Of a stretch of DNA of 64,000 nt, positions 38,041 to 50,025 are shown piece after piece (the stretch's first letter is position 1; the number at the start of each line of letters is the position of its first letter). The DNA is from Acidobacteriota bacterium. GTDB lineage: Bacteria; Acidobacteriota; Terriglobia; Bryobacterales; Bryobacteraceae. The notes beneath the pieces were generated by a model. It was not told the origin of the DNA. It saw nothing but the letters and a program-made list of their open reading frames with translations, and searched no databases. The stretch spans positions 39,195 to 103,194 of the forward strand of contig JAKOTR010000043.1 of assembly GCA_029776225.1 (NCBI GenBank), given 5' to 3'. Both the position numbers and the translations under genes were made by a program.

Positions 38041-38443
38041 GCAGGGCGGCGCGCGCGACAAGCGCTTCGAGGAGCCGCTGCTGGACGCGCTACGTCACGT
38101 GTGGTGGGCCGGGCTCGGCCTTGCCGCCGTGGCCGGCGAACAGACGGGGCGCGTTATCGACGCGCTCGTGGAACGGGGCAAGCAGGTCGAGCCTACCGTG
38201 ATCGAGCAGGGCAAGAAAGCCGGCCAGGAGGTTTCCGAAGCGGTCAACGACGTAGGGGAGAAGCTCAAGGCGTTCATCGACAGGGTGGGCCGCAGCGCCG
38301 GGGCCGCCGAAGCCGCTCTCGATGAGCGGGCCGCGGCGGCGCTGGAGCGTTTGGGCTTCCCAAAGAAAGCGGATCTTGATGCGCTTGCGGCGAAGATTGA
38401 TGCGCTGACCGCTCGGCTTGAGGAGTTGCAGAAGCGGGCGTAA
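38009..38443 (+). CDS. Phasin-family (PHA granule-associated) protein
   Basis: Strong RBS GAGAGGGAGGAG. Amphipathic Ala/Glu-rich helices. Overlaps the phaR end by 32 nt. Confidence 0.6.
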   Translation: MGTTPNNTPNEQGGARDKRFEEPLLDALRHVWWAGLGLAAVAGEQTGRVIDALVERGKQVEPTVIEQGKKAGQEVSEAVNDVGEKLKAFIDRVGRSAGAAEAALDERAAAALERLGFPKKADLDALAAKIDALTARLEELQKRA

Positions 38444-38446
38444 CCG

Positions 38447-39249
38447 CTAGCGGCGGTTTCCGGCCATCGGCTCCTCGGCGGGCTGATCCTCGCGGAAGCC
38501 CGGTTTTTGCCTGCCTGTCCACGCGGCATGCAGGTAGTCACGGTGCATCCGCGCGATCACATCCAGCTTGATCTCCTTGGGGCAGACCGCTTCGCACTCG
38601 CCGATGTTGGTGCAGTGCCCGAAGCCTTCTTTGGTCATCTGAACCACCATAGCGACGGCGCGGCGGTCCCGCTCCGGCTGGCCCTGCGGCAGCAATCCGA
38701 GATGGGCGATCTTGGCGCCCGTGAACAGCGCGGCCGACCCGTTAGGGCACTGGGCGACGCAGGCGCCGCACGCGATGCACGCGGCCGCATCCATGGCCAG
38801 CTCGGCGTTCTCCTTGGGGACCGGAATCGCGTTGGCGTCCGGGGCGCTGCCGGTACGTACGGAGATGTAGCCGCCCGCGGCGATGATGCGGTCGAACGCG
38901 CTCCGGTCCACCACCAGGTCCTTGATCACCGGGAAAGCGCGGGAGCGCCAGGGCTCGATGTAAAGCTCGTCGCCGTCTTTGAAGTGGCGCATGTGGAGCT
39001 GGCAGACGGTGGTGCCGCGCTCCGGACCGTGCGCCACGCCGTTGATCATGAAGCCGCACATGCCGCAGATGCCTTCGCGGCAGTCGTGATCGAAGGCGAT
39101 CGGCTCCTCTCCCCGGGCGATGAGCTCTTCATTCACCACATCAAGCATCTCCAGAAAAGACATGTGGGCGCTGATGTTTCTGGCTTCGTAGCGGACCATT
39201 CTGCCCGGATCTTTCGCGTTCTTCTGGCGCCACACGTGGAGAATCAGGT

Positions 39250-39253
<4 letters not shown>
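38447..39253 (-). CDS. sdhB: Succinate dehydrogenase/fumarate reductase iron-sulfur subunit
   Basis: 2Fe-2S ([10 protein letters not shown]), 4Fe-4S ([12 protein letters not shown]) and 3Fe-4S ([12 protein letters not shown]) motifs. Confidence 0.9.
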
Positions 39254-41162
<1,909 letters not shown>

Positions 41163-41166
<4 letters not shown>

Positions 41167-41876
41167 TTCACTCCAAATCGGATCATCACGTAGACCGGGA
41201 TCGAGATGTAGCCCGCCGCGATCGCGATCGAGAACACGTGGGCCAGACTTTTCAGCAGCGGCGTGTACCGCGGATGGCTGATCCCGACCGACTGGAACAT
41301 GCTCCACATCCCGTGATACAGGTGCATGGTCAGCAGTGCAATCGCGAAGATGTACGCCGCCGAAACCGCCGGATACCGGAACCCGTTCACCACGTTCTCG
41401 TACGCATAGAAGGCCTCGCCTGTGGGGCCTGCCGTGGGCGGCTGAAAGCCGAGACCCACATCGCCGGTGGTCAGGTGCAGGACGTGGAAGACAACGAATG
41501 CGGCGATGATCGGCCCGCTCCACATCATCGTGCGCGAGGCGTACGATGCCGGGATGTCATCCTTCTTGACGTAGCCGATGGGCCGCGCGCGGCGCTTATC
41601 CCGCCACAGGAGAAACGAAGACCAGATATGCGCCCCTACAGCCGCCAGCAACACGATGCGTGCCGTCCACAGCAGCCCCGGCTGGCTGTGGAGAAACGCT
41701 GCGTACTGGTTCATCTGCTCGGGACCGGCATAGATTTGCAGGTTCCCCAACAGGTGCCCAATGATATAGAGCACCAGGACCACCCCGGTCCCGGCCATAA
41801 CCAGCTTCTTGCCGATATAGACCTCGTAAAGGCCCCAGGTGCGTTTCAAACGGGGTTCAACCGCGGCTGTGCTCAT
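41163..41876 (-). CDS. sdhC: Succinate dehydrogenase cytochrome b subunit (single-subunit, b558-type)
   Basis: 5-TM profile with conserved His. ATG 41876 with AGGAAA RBS preferred over TTG 41915. Confidence 0.7.
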
Positions 41877-42036
41877 TCCGAGTTTCCTCTGGGTGTGAAT
41901 TTTCTCCGGCGACAAAGAACGGTGGAGAAGCAGGTGTCAGGAATTCGCTCATTGGAGATCGTAAGGTCATTATTATAGGCGTATACCAAAGCAGAGGGGA
42001 AAAAGACAACAGTATCTTTAAACACTCCCCCCGGCT

Positions 42037-42555
42037 TTACGGCGTCTTTTCTCCATGCGCTGCCGCCTTCAGATGCCGGTAATAGCCCAGATCCTCGCCT
42101 GTTAACAACTTAGTTGCGAAGATAATCTGGCCCGTGTGCTGCGCGAAGTGCTCCGTAACATGGCCGATGGCTTCCAGAACCGAAACGTCGTACCCCTGGA
42201 TGCGCACGCGTTCCAGCAGCCGTTCGGCTGTTGTGTTTTTGATCACCCCTACCGCTTCGGCCACAGTGGATTCGAGTTGTGCCGCCAGCTCGGGACCGGA
42301 AACGCCCCCACGCGCCGCGAACTCGGCGTCCCGCTGGCGAACGTCCGGCTGGCCGGCAACGCCCGACAGAATCCACTGGCGCACGTTTCCGCAGAGATGC
42401 AGCACCAGGTTCCCCACGGCGTTCTGATTCTCGCTGCCGCGCGCCCAGATCTGCTCGGTGGAAAGGCGCCCAAGACAGTCCACGATCCGCGAGGCGAGTT
42501 GGTTCAGTTTTCCGGCAGCAAATTTCAGGAACAGCCCCTCCGCCGTGGTCGCCAT
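42037..42555 (-). CDS. DinB-family (DUF1572/DinB_2) protein
   Basis: NLVLHLCGNVRQWI...HVTEHFAQHTGQIIF His-triad pattern. Confidence 0.65.
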   Translation of the reverse strand: MATTAEGLFLKFAAGKLNQLASRIVDCLGRLSTEQIWARGSENQNAVGNLVLHLCGNVRQWILSGVAGQPDVRQRDAEFAARGGVSGPELAAQLESTVAEAVGVIKNTTAERLLERVRIQGYDVSVLEAIGHVTEHFAQHTGQIIFATKLLTGEDLGYYRHLKAAAHGEKTP

Positions 42556-42674
42556 ACGATTCGAGTATAGAACCGCGGCCCGGCCGGTGAAAGAAGCGGT
42601 GACAGCGCCCCCAAAGTGCGTTTTCCTCCCCGTGTGGGGCAGTCCCGCGGACCGGCGTCAGATTCCTGAAATTT

Positions 42675-42863
42675 TCAGGATTTTACGCCGAGTTTTCTCA
42701 GGAAGGTCATCATCGGGCACCAGTTGGTGAATGCCGACTGAAACAGGTTCAGCCCGACAAAGGCAGTGAAGTAGTACCAGTTATGATCGACCCAGGTTCC
42801 CAGCGCCAGGCTGAGCAGAATAAACAGCCCGGCTATCATTCTCAGGTAACGCTCCACGGTCAT
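42675..42863 (-). CDS. DUF2892 (YgaP-like) small membrane protein
   Basis: RYLRMIAGLFILLSLALG...NWCP motif. ATG 42863 preferred over TTG 42869. Confidence 0.55.
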   Translation of the reverse strand: MTVERYLRMIAGLFILLSLALGTWVDHNWYYFTAFVGLNLFQSAFTNWCPMMTFLRKLGVKS

Positions 42864-42952
42864 AGACAAGACTCCTTCACCAGGATAGATTCAAAAAATG
42901 TCTTGATGTCACAGTCCGCGCGCGCAGTTTTTCGGAGAGAATAGACCTACCC

Positions 42953-44695
42953 ATGACCGCAAAAGTTTCGATGAGGAGGCGCTGGCATTGGGCGCTCGCC
43001 TGGGTGGACCCCGGCGTGCCGGCAGCCGGGCCTTCACCGCAGACACTGCGTGCCATAACGACGAGCGCAATGGCGTTGGTGCTGGCGATGCTAACCATAG
43101 CGGTGCCGTTTCTGAGCGCCGCCAAACTAATCGCCGCGACCCTCTGCCTGGCCGAAGTGATCATCGGGATTGCGGTCATGTTTTTCGTTCACCTCGGGCG
43201 CGTCCGGCTGGCTACCTGGGTTTTCCTGGCCGGCACCTGGTGTGTCATCACGGCGGTGACGTTCCTGAGTGGGGGCCTGAGAAGCGTCGGGCCCGTGTCC
43301 TACCTCGGGCTAACGGTAATGGCGGGGTGTTTTCTCGGCCAGAGAGCCGCGCTTGCGGTCGCGGGGTTCAGCACGGCGGTGACCCTCGTTTTCGCGATTC
43401 TCGAGAATCGCGGCAATCCCTTACCGCGCTACCTGCTTTCCAGCCCGTTTGCCGCCTGGTTGCTCCTGTGGTTCGCGGTGGCAATCACCGTGATCCCGAT
43501 GAGCCAGATGCTACGCAGGCTTGACAAGTCCCTACGCCTCAGCAGCCGGAGAATCGAAGAATTGAGGATCACCCAGGAGGCTCTGAGGGAGGGCGAGGAG
43601 AAGTACCGGGAACTTTTTGAAATGGTGTCCGACGCCCTCTTCCTCATCGACAACCGGGATGGCCGGTTGCTTGAGGTCAATCCCAGCGCGGCCAACATGT
43701 ACGGCTACTCCCGCGAGGAACTGCTCGGCATGAAAAACACCGATCTGTCCGCCGAACCGGAGTCCACCCGCACCGCCACCGTTACGGGCAAGACGTTTGT
43801 TCCCTTGCGCTGGCACCGGAAGAGGGACGGCACCGTGTTTCCGGTGGAAATCACCGCCCGACATTTCACTCGTCAGGGGCGCCCCGTCCACATCGCCGCC
43901 ATCCGGGACATAACGGACCGCGTGCGGGCGGAGGAGGAGCACAGCCGGATCGAAGAGCAGCTACGGCAGTCCCAGAGGCTCGAAAGCGTCGGCCGGCTGG
44001 CCGGCGGCGTCGCGCACGACTTCAACAACCTGCTCACCGTCATCAACGGCTACGCCGACATGCTGCGTTACGATCTGGCCGAAGGCGATCCGCTGCGCGC
44101 CGGGCTGGATGAAATCAAAAAAGCCGGGGAGCGGGCCGCGAGCCTCACGCAGCAATTGCTCGCTTTCAGCCGCAAGCAGATGATCGAGCCCAGACCGATC
44201 GATCTCAACGCCATCGTGGCGGAGTCCGAAAAGATGCTGCGGCGGCTGGTGGGCGAGGATATCCAGTTCGTCACCACCCTGCGCGCCTCACCCGGCACGG
44301 TGATGGCCGATCCCGGCCAGATCCACCAGATCCTCATGAACCTCGTCGTGAACGCGCGCGACGCCATGCCCAGCGGCGGCGTGCTTTGCGTCGAGACCGC
44401 GAACGTCGATCTCTCGGAAGAAGACGTGGCGGGACGCCAGGACGCAGAGCCGGGGGCCTACGTCCGGCTGAGCGTGCGCGACAGCGGCTCCGGCATGGAC
44501 CACGAGACCTTGCAGCGCATTTTCGAGCCCTTCTTCACCACGAAAAAGCAGGGCGAAGGCACCGGTCTCGGTCTTTCCGTGGTTTACGGAATCCTGAGGC
44601 AGAGCGGCGGTTGGATACAGGTCTCCAGCGAAGTGGGCAAGGGATCGGTTTTCGATATTTACCTGCCCAGGCTGAATGGTACAGCTGCGGCATGA
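42953..44695 (+). CDS. PAS-domain sensor histidine kinase with N-terminal multi-TM sensor region
   Basis: ~5 TM helices. PAS domain (FEMVSDALFLID...NPSAANMYGYSREEL). HisKA (VAHDFNNLL). HATPase (NLVVNARDAM...GTGLGLSVV). Confidence 0.85.
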   Translation: MTAKVSMRRRWHWALAWVDPGVPAAGPSPQTLRAITTSAMALVLAMLTIAVPFLSAAKLIAATLCLAEVIIGIAVMFFVHLGRVRLATWVFLAGTWCVITAVTFLSGGLRSVGPVSYLGLTVMAGCFLGQRAALAVAGFSTAVTLVFAILENRGNPLPRYLLSSPFAAWLLLWFAVAITVIPMSQMLRRLDKSLRLSSRRIEELRITQEALREGEEKYRELFEMVSDALFLIDNRDGRLLEVNPSAANMYGYSREELLGMKNTDLSAEPESTRTATVTGKTFVPLRWHRKRDGTVFPVEITARHFTRQGRPVHIAAIRDITDRVRAEEEHSRIEEQLRQSQRLESVGRLAGGVAHDFNNLLTVINGYADMLRYDLAEGDPLRAGLDEIKKAGERAASLTQQLLAFSRKQMIEPRPIDLNAIVAESEKMLRRLVGEDIQFVTTLRASPGTVMADPGQIHQILMNLVVNARDAMPSGGVLCVETANVDLSEEDVAGRQDAEPGAYVRLSVRDSGSGMDHETLQRIFEPFFTTKKQGEGTGLGLSVVYGILRQSGGWIQVSSEVGKGSVFDIYLPRLNGTAAA

Positions 44696-44802
44696 GCGGC
44701 CGGAGGGAGTGTCCGGCCAGAAGATCCCGGGCCTTAGGATCCGTTCGCGCCCGGGCAACCGGTGCGAAAAGTGCGCGAGCTGCCCGGGCTGTAAATCGAG
44801 AC

Positions 44803-45828
44803 TCACTGCGGCTTCGGCGCCGGCAGCGTGATTACCCCCATATCGTCCGGCGACGAGTGAACCGTCACGCCGGAATCCTGCGGTTTCGCCCCCTGGATCA
44901 CGACTCCGGAGGAGCCTGCCGTAGCGCGCTCGCGCTTGCGCGCCTGCTCGATCGCGGTGATCACGTGCTCTTCCGGAATCGGCAGATCGAGCTTCACCAT
45001 GTTTGCGTCCACCCGGAGTTCGAGGCCGTCGAGCATCGGCCGGATTTGCTGCGCATTCTTTCCTGAAACCGCCAGCCCGATGAGCATTTTCAGCGCGTCC
45101 CCCATGGCCGCGGCCTCCTTCTGGGTGCGCATCGCCAGGTTCACGGAGATTCGCATCATCGGACCGAAGGCCAGCCCGGCGCCGATCTGCTCGATCGATT
45201 TTTCCATCCCGCCCGCCAGCGTGTTGAATTCCGGCCGCGGCGCGTGCCGCGCAAGGTCCATCAATGAGGCGCGGGCCACCAGCCACGCATCGTACGATGC
45301 GTTCATCTCGCGCGCTTGCGCCATCAGCACGGGGTCGGGGGCGCCGGACGATCCGCGGCGCGCGATGAAGGCGCGCACGGTCTCCGGGTCGCCGCCCACA
45401 AGCAGCGAGGGTTCCCAGAAAGCGACAGCGACCGGCTGCTTCTGCTGCTTCGTGAAAATGCGGACGCCCTGAAAGCTGGATTCCACGGCCCCCGCGGCGA
45501 ACGTCTGAAGGGCGGCGGGAGGGAAAGAGCCGCGGACCAGCACAAGGCCGCGCCCCCCACGGTTGTTCGCCGGTGCGGCAAGCAGAATACCGCGAATGCC
45601 GCGGATAAATTCGAGCTGCGCGTTGCTGGCGTCCCCGATGAGACTCCGGCTCTCCTCTTCGATCTGGCGGCGAATCGTCTGTCCGAAGCGCGTGGAGGCG
45701 ATCCTTTCCAGGTCGATGCCAATGATTACTCCCGAATCGGCCGGAACCATATCCAGCAAGGCAGGGTCAGCCGCGGCCGCCAGTGAAACGGCAAAAAGAG
45801 CGCAAATACACCCAGTGAGGAGGCGCAT
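44803..45828 (-). CDS. Hypothetical secreted protein (paralog A of tandem pair)
   Basis: Signal peptide. Shares ADPxLL...RFGQ...GDPxxVRxAIxRR blocks with the adjacent gene. Confidence 0.5.
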   Translation of the reverse strand: MRLLTGCICALFAVSLAAAADPALLDMVPADSGVIIGIDLERIASTRFGQTIRRQIEEESRSLIGDASNAQLEFIRGIRGILLAAPANNRGGRGLVLVRGSFPPAALQTFAAGAVESSFQGVRIFTKQQKQPVAVAFWEPSLLVGGDPETVRAFIARRGSSGAPDPVLMAQAREMNASYDAWLVARASLMDLARHAPRPEFNTLAGGMEKSIEQIGAGLAFGPMMRISVNLAMRTQKEAAAMGDALKMLIGLAVSGKNAQQIRPMLDGLELRVDANMVKLDLPIPEEHVITAIEQARKRERATAGSSGVVIQGAKPQDSGVTVHSSPDDMGVITLPAPKPQ

Positions 45829-45849
45829 ATTGCCTGATTATACAGGCGA

Positions 45850-46749
45850 TTAGCGCCGGGCCGGTTGCAAAATTCCGGCGTTCGGTTCTATTACTTCGCT
45901 GGGGATCATCAGGGCGATCGTCACCACGTTTTCCAGCGCCTTGATGTCCAGGCTGTTCCACACCGGCCGGAGGCGTTCCGCGGCTGGATTGCGCGCCGAC
46001 TGTGCGAGAGTGGCCAAAAGACGCGCTGCGCCGGCAAGCTCGGCGGCGCCCTGCGGCGTGCGGGAAATGATTTCGACCTTCACGTCCGCCGTGTTCCCGA
46101 ATGCCGCTCCGCCGCTGGCCCCCTCGACTTCGTTCACGACGTTGCCCAGCGCCGGATTCGCTTGATGCCGGGGCAGGTTCAGCTCGGACACCGGAATCTT
46201 CGAAACGAACCACACCTGCTGGGCGGCGCTGAGGGCCTGGATTCGGGCGGTGAGGTCGGGATCCAGCGCGGATCCGCCGGTACGGCGGTCGATAGCATCG
46301 CGCACGCTGCCGGGATCGCCGGCCACCGCCGTCGTGCTGTCGAGGAACGCAAGAGCCGATTGCCGTGTTTCGATGATGTCCACGCCACCGTAGTGGGTAA
46401 GCCGTGCGCCGTGGTTGACAGCGTAACTGATGAAACGGGGCGGGTCGAACCAGCCGCGGGCCAGGATCAGCTTGCCCGCGTTTCGATCAGCGCCGGTCGC
46501 GACAACGACGATCTCTTCCACGTCGCGCCGCGGGTCGAATCCGGTGCCGGCGATGAAACGGCGAAAATGCTCGTCTTCCCGCGCTGACAAGCGGTCCAGC
46601 AGGAGCTGTCCGAACGGCGATTTGCGGATTTCGGCTACGTTGAGTCCCGCAACCACGCGGGCATCCGGCATGGCCAGGCCCAGTAAGCCGGGATCCGCGG
46701 CAGGCGCGGCAAGCGCTGCCGCCAGCATCAGTCCCAGGTGTTTGGTCAT
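45850..46749 (-). CDS. Hypothetical secreted protein (paralog B of tandem pair)
   Basis: ATG 46749 with GGAGGGG RBS matches the paralog length better than ATG 46770. Conserved blocks shared with 44803-45828. Confidence 0.5.
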   Translation of the reverse strand: MTKHLGLMLAAALAAPAADPGLLGLAMPDARVVAGLNVAEIRKSPFGQLLLDRLSAREDEHFRRFIAGTGFDPRRDVEEIVVVATGADRNAGKLILARGWFDPPRFISYAVNHGARLTHYGGVDIIETRQSALAFLDSTTAVAGDPGSVRDAIDRRTGGSALDPDLTARIQALSAAQQVWFVSKIPVSELNLPRHQANPALGNVVNEVEGASGGAAFGNTADVKVEIISRTPQGAAELAGAARLLATLAQSARNPAAERLRPVWNSLDIKALENVVTIALMIPSEVIEPNAGILQPARR

Positions 46750-46989
46750 TGCCCCTCCACTTAACAGCATACGACCGCGGTGGGAACGGGGTTCCGGGGT
46801 GCGAACCGGAGGACAAAGGGGGGTAGATTCCTTGCACAGAGGCGCCGATCCCGGTTACCCGCGAGTGAGGTATGCGCGGTACGAAAGTTTGGCTCTCTGT
46901 TGCAGCGGCTTGGTACTAAAAGAATGGTAGTCCTAGGGCTTGACGGGCGAATATTCGGATTGGGAAAGATTTTTAATTATTACTTCCGT

Positions 46990-47019
46990 TGACTCAGTAC
47001 TAACCTGCAATTTAGAATC
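46990..47019 (+). promoter_or_regulatory. Putative sigma-70 promoter (TTGACT -18- TAGAAT) ~12 bp upstream of the response-regulator ATG
   Basis: TTGACT at 46990-46995; TAGAAT at 47014-47019. AT-rich island in a GC-rich region. Confidence 0.4.
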
Positions 47020-47030
47020 TACTCATCCCA

Positions 47031-47759
47031 ATGACAGAGGATACTGCAGCGCTCCAGTGCGAGAGCCCACGTACTAGTTCTGCCGGTCAAGCTCCTATTC
47101 GGATCGTCATCGCCGATGACCATCCGATTTTCCGCGATGGTTTGCGAAAGCTGCTGAGTCTTAAGCCGGATTTTGAAGTGGTCGGCGAGGCGCGTGACGG
47201 CGCCGAAGTGCTCGAGTTGATGCGCGAGAAGGAGCCTGACATCCTGCTGCTCGACTTGCGCATGCCGGGAATGGATGGCCTGTCGGTGCTCCAAAGCCTG
47301 AAATGCTCGGGCTGCCGGAGCAAGATCATCATTCTCACCGCTTCGGAAGACAAGAATGAGTTCGTGCAGGCGATGAAGCTTGGGTGCTCGGGTATAGTAC
47401 TCAAGCAGACGGCGACCGAACTCCTGTACAAGAGCATCCGGAAGGTGAACGCCGGCGAGATCTGGCTGGACTCGCACACCACCGCCGCGGTGATGCGGCA
47501 GTTCGCCTCACCCGGCCGCGTCGGCGCCGCCGAGCGCAAGGGGCGGGAACGCAGCTCTCTGAGCCAGCGCGAGCGGGAAATCGTAGCGCTGGTCGCGCAG
47601 GGCTTCAAGAACAAGGAAATCGCCGAAAAAATCTTCATCAGCGAGCAGACGGTCAAGAACCACCTGCACAACATTTTCGACAAGCTCGGTGTTTCCGACC
47701 GCCTGGAGCTGGCGCTCTACGCCATTCACAAAGGCCTCCACAGCGACCTGGACGCCTGA
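47031..47759 (+). CDS. LuxR/FixJ-family response regulator
   Basis: REC domain (IVIADDHPIFRDGL...DILLLDLRMPGMDG) plus C-terminal LuxR HTH (LSQREREIVALVAQGFKNKEIAEKIFISEQTVKNH). Confidence 0.85.
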   Translation: MTEDTAALQCESPRTSSAGQAPIRIVIADDHPIFRDGLRKLLSLKPDFEVVGEARDGAEVLELMREKEPDILLLDLRMPGMDGLSVLQSLKCSGCRSKIIILTASEDKNEFVQAMKLGCSGIVLKQTATELLYKSIRKVNAGEIWLDSHTTAAVMRQFASPGRVGAAERKGRERSSLSQREREIVALVAQGFKNKEIAEKIFISEQTVKNHLHNIFDKLGVSDRLELALYAIHKGLHSDLDA

Positions 47760-47886
47760 GCCTTATTTTTCATTAATTTCCCCGGAATCCCGGTGTGTCC
47801 GAGGAGGGCTACGGGGTTTTCGGGCGCGCCACTACAGCGCTCAGGGGATAGGACCAGAGCTGGTTTCCGCCTATCTTGAAAGTGTC

Positions 47887-48699
47887 ATGAAAATCGTGTT
47901 CAGCGACCTCGACGGTACCCTGCTGCATTTGCAGAGCTACTCCTGCGAAGCGGCGAAACCAGCTCTTGACGCCTTGAAGGAGCGCGGGATCCCGCTGGTT
48001 TTCTGTACCAGCAAGACGCGCGTGGAAGTCGAGGGCTGGCGCGAGCGGCTTGGTAATACGCACCCGTTTATTGTCGAAAACGGCGGGGCGATTTACATTC
48101 CGAAAGGCTATTTCGGCAAGCCGGTCGAGGGCGCGGTGCAGCGCGGCGAATACGAGGTGATCGAGTTTGGAACGCCCTACGCCCAGTTGGTGGAAGACCT
48201 CCGGGCGGCATCCCAGGAAAGCGGATGCCAGGTGCTTGGGTTCAACGAGATGACGGTCGCCGAGATCGCCGTTCGCACGCTGCTTCCCGTCCAGCAGGCG
48301 GAACTTGCCAAGATCCGCGAGTACGACGAGCCGTTCGTCATTCTCGGGCAGGGGACCCACAGCCTGCTGCTGGAAATCGAGAAGCGAGGCCGAACCTGGA
48401 CGCGAGGGAACCGCTTCTACCACATCACGGGAAAGAACGACAAGGTCGAAGCAGTGAAGCGGTTGACCGCCTTGTACCGGGAGAAATACGGGGAGATCGA
48501 GACAATCGGCTTGGGAGACGGGCACAACGACGCCGGTTTCCTGGGCGCTGTCGACATGCCGGTCATCGTCCGGTCGCCATTCGCCACGGTACTGAAGAAG
48601 CTGGTGCCGAAGGGCATGGTGACAAATGCGCCGGGGCCCCACGGCTGGAACGAGGCGATTCTGCAACTGCTCAAAGGCGCTGCCGCGCTGGCGGTGTAA
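47887..48699 (+). CDS. HAD-IIB hydrolase (mannosyl-3-phosphoglycerate phosphatase / YedP-like)
   Basis: MKIVFSDLDGTLL motif I. TSKTR motif II. GLGDGHNDAGFL motif IV. Confidence 0.75.
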   Translation: MKIVFSDLDGTLLHLQSYSCEAAKPALDALKERGIPLVFCTSKTRVEVEGWRERLGNTHPFIVENGGAIYIPKGYFGKPVEGAVQRGEYEVIEFGTPYAQLVEDLRAASQESGCQVLGFNEMTVAEIAVRTLLPVQQAELAKIREYDEPFVILGQGTHSLLLEIEKRGRTWTRGNRFYHITGKNDKVEAVKRLTALYREKYGEIETIGLGDGHNDAGFLGAVDMPVIVRSPFATVLKKLVPKGMVTNAPGPHGWNEAILQLLKGAAALAV

Positions 48700-48706
48700 G
48701 TTCCCC

Positions 48707-49945
48707 TTACAGCTTTGACGTCTGCACGACCGCCGCGGGGTGGTTCCACACCTCGGGCTTGACCAGCATTCCGAAGCCGGGCAAATCCGGAGCGCGCACA
48801 AACCCTTTTTGTGGCACGATGGGGTTTTCCAGCATGTGGCCCCAGTCCGATTCGTAGAAACGCTGGACGCTCTCCTGGATCCAGACGTTGGTGGACGCAG
48901 TGGTGAGATGCGTCGAAGCGTAAAAGAGCAGGGGCCCGCCCGCGGTGTGCGGCGCGATGGGGAGCTGATACCCTTCGGCCAGGGTCGCGATCTTGCGCGC
49001 CTCGCTCAATCCTCCGCACCAGCAGACGTCGAACATCACGTACTTGGCCGAGCGCGATTCCATCAGGTCTATGAACTGGTAGCGGCCGGCCATGCGCTCG
49101 CTGATACAGAGCGGGAGTGAGGTGGCCTGCGCCAGCTCGCGGTACTGCGCGAAGTTGCCGGGCAGCAGCATGTCTTCCAGCCACATCGGCTTGTAGGGCT
49201 CCAGCGCCTGGGCGATGCGGATGGCCGACGTGAGATTCCAGTTGCAGTGGAACTCCATGGCGATCTCGATGTCGTCGCCGAAGGCGTCGCGCAGCTTGCG
49301 GACCGGCGCGAGCCCTTCCTCGATATCCGCCTTGCCGATGTACTCGTGCCGGTTGCGCGCAGCTGCCCGGTCGAACGGCCAGATTTTGATCGCCTTCACG
49401 CCGCGCGTGTCGATCAGTTCGCGCATGATCTTTTCGGGCTCGGTCATGAAGTTGTACTTGTACGGAAAGCACGTGTTGTAAACGCGCACTTCGGGATTCG
49501 AACGGCCGCCGATCAGGCGATACACCGGCGCTCCCAGCATCTTTCCCAGCAGGTCCCATAAGGCCAGGTCGATGGCGCTGATGGCGCGCATCTCGGCGCC
49601 GCCGGTCACCTGGTAATCGAATGTCCGGTAGAGGGTGGCCCAGATGCGGTCGATATCGCGAGGGTCGCGGCCCAGCAGAGCGGGAGCGGCGCCCGCGTGA
49701 ATGGCCGCGGCCTCTACGGGACTGCGCGGGTAGGTCTCGCCGATGCCGACGTGGCCGGAATCGGTATGGATGCGCACCCAGGTCCAATGCGGCCAGAACG
49801 GCGCGTCGTCGCGGCTCTTCCAATACACGGTATCGATGCGGGTGATCTTTGTGCCCTTGACCTGGCTCCAGGCGGCCCGGAGCGCCAGCGGGACTCCCAG
49901 CAGGAACGAACGGCGTGCGATGCGGCGTGAATCGCGAGCTGTCAT
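48707..49945 (-). CDS. Enolase-superfamily (mandelate racemase/muconate lactonizing enzyme-type) protein, Tat signal
   Basis: SRRIARRSFLLG Tat motif. MR/MLE N-terminal and TIM-barrel metal-ligand regions. First in-frame ATG at 49945 (ORF-track start is TTG). Confidence 0.75.
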   Translation of the reverse strand: MTARDSRRIARRSFLLGVPLALRAAWSQVKGTKITRIDTVYWKSRDDAPFWPHWTWVRIHTDSGHVGIGETYPRSPVEAAAIHAGAAPALLGRDPRDIDRIWATLYRTFDYQVTGGAEMRAISAIDLALWDLLGKMLGAPVYRLIGGRSNPEVRVYNTCFPYKYNFMTEPEKIMRELIDTRGVKAIKIWPFDRAAARNRHEYIGKADIEEGLAPVRKLRDAFGDDIEIAMEFHCNWNLTSAIRIAQALEPYKPMWLEDMLLPGNFAQYRELAQATSLPLCISERMAGRYQFIDLMESRSAKYVMFDVCWCGGLSEARKIATLAEGYQLPIAPHTAGGPLLFYASTHLTTASTNVWIQESVQRFYESDWGHMLENPIVPQKGFVRAPDLPGFGMLVKPEVWNHPAAVVQTSKL

Positions 49946-50025
49946 ACGGTTGAGAATACCCAGGCAGCCGCGCCTGGGCAAGCGCTATGGTGTCTAATAG
50001 AAGTCAACAGGGGTAGTGGGGAGAC

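Noticed and set aside
48417-49823. 468-aa minus-strand ORF
   Set aside because: Out-of-frame overlap of the enolase-superfamily gene. Arg-rich translation.
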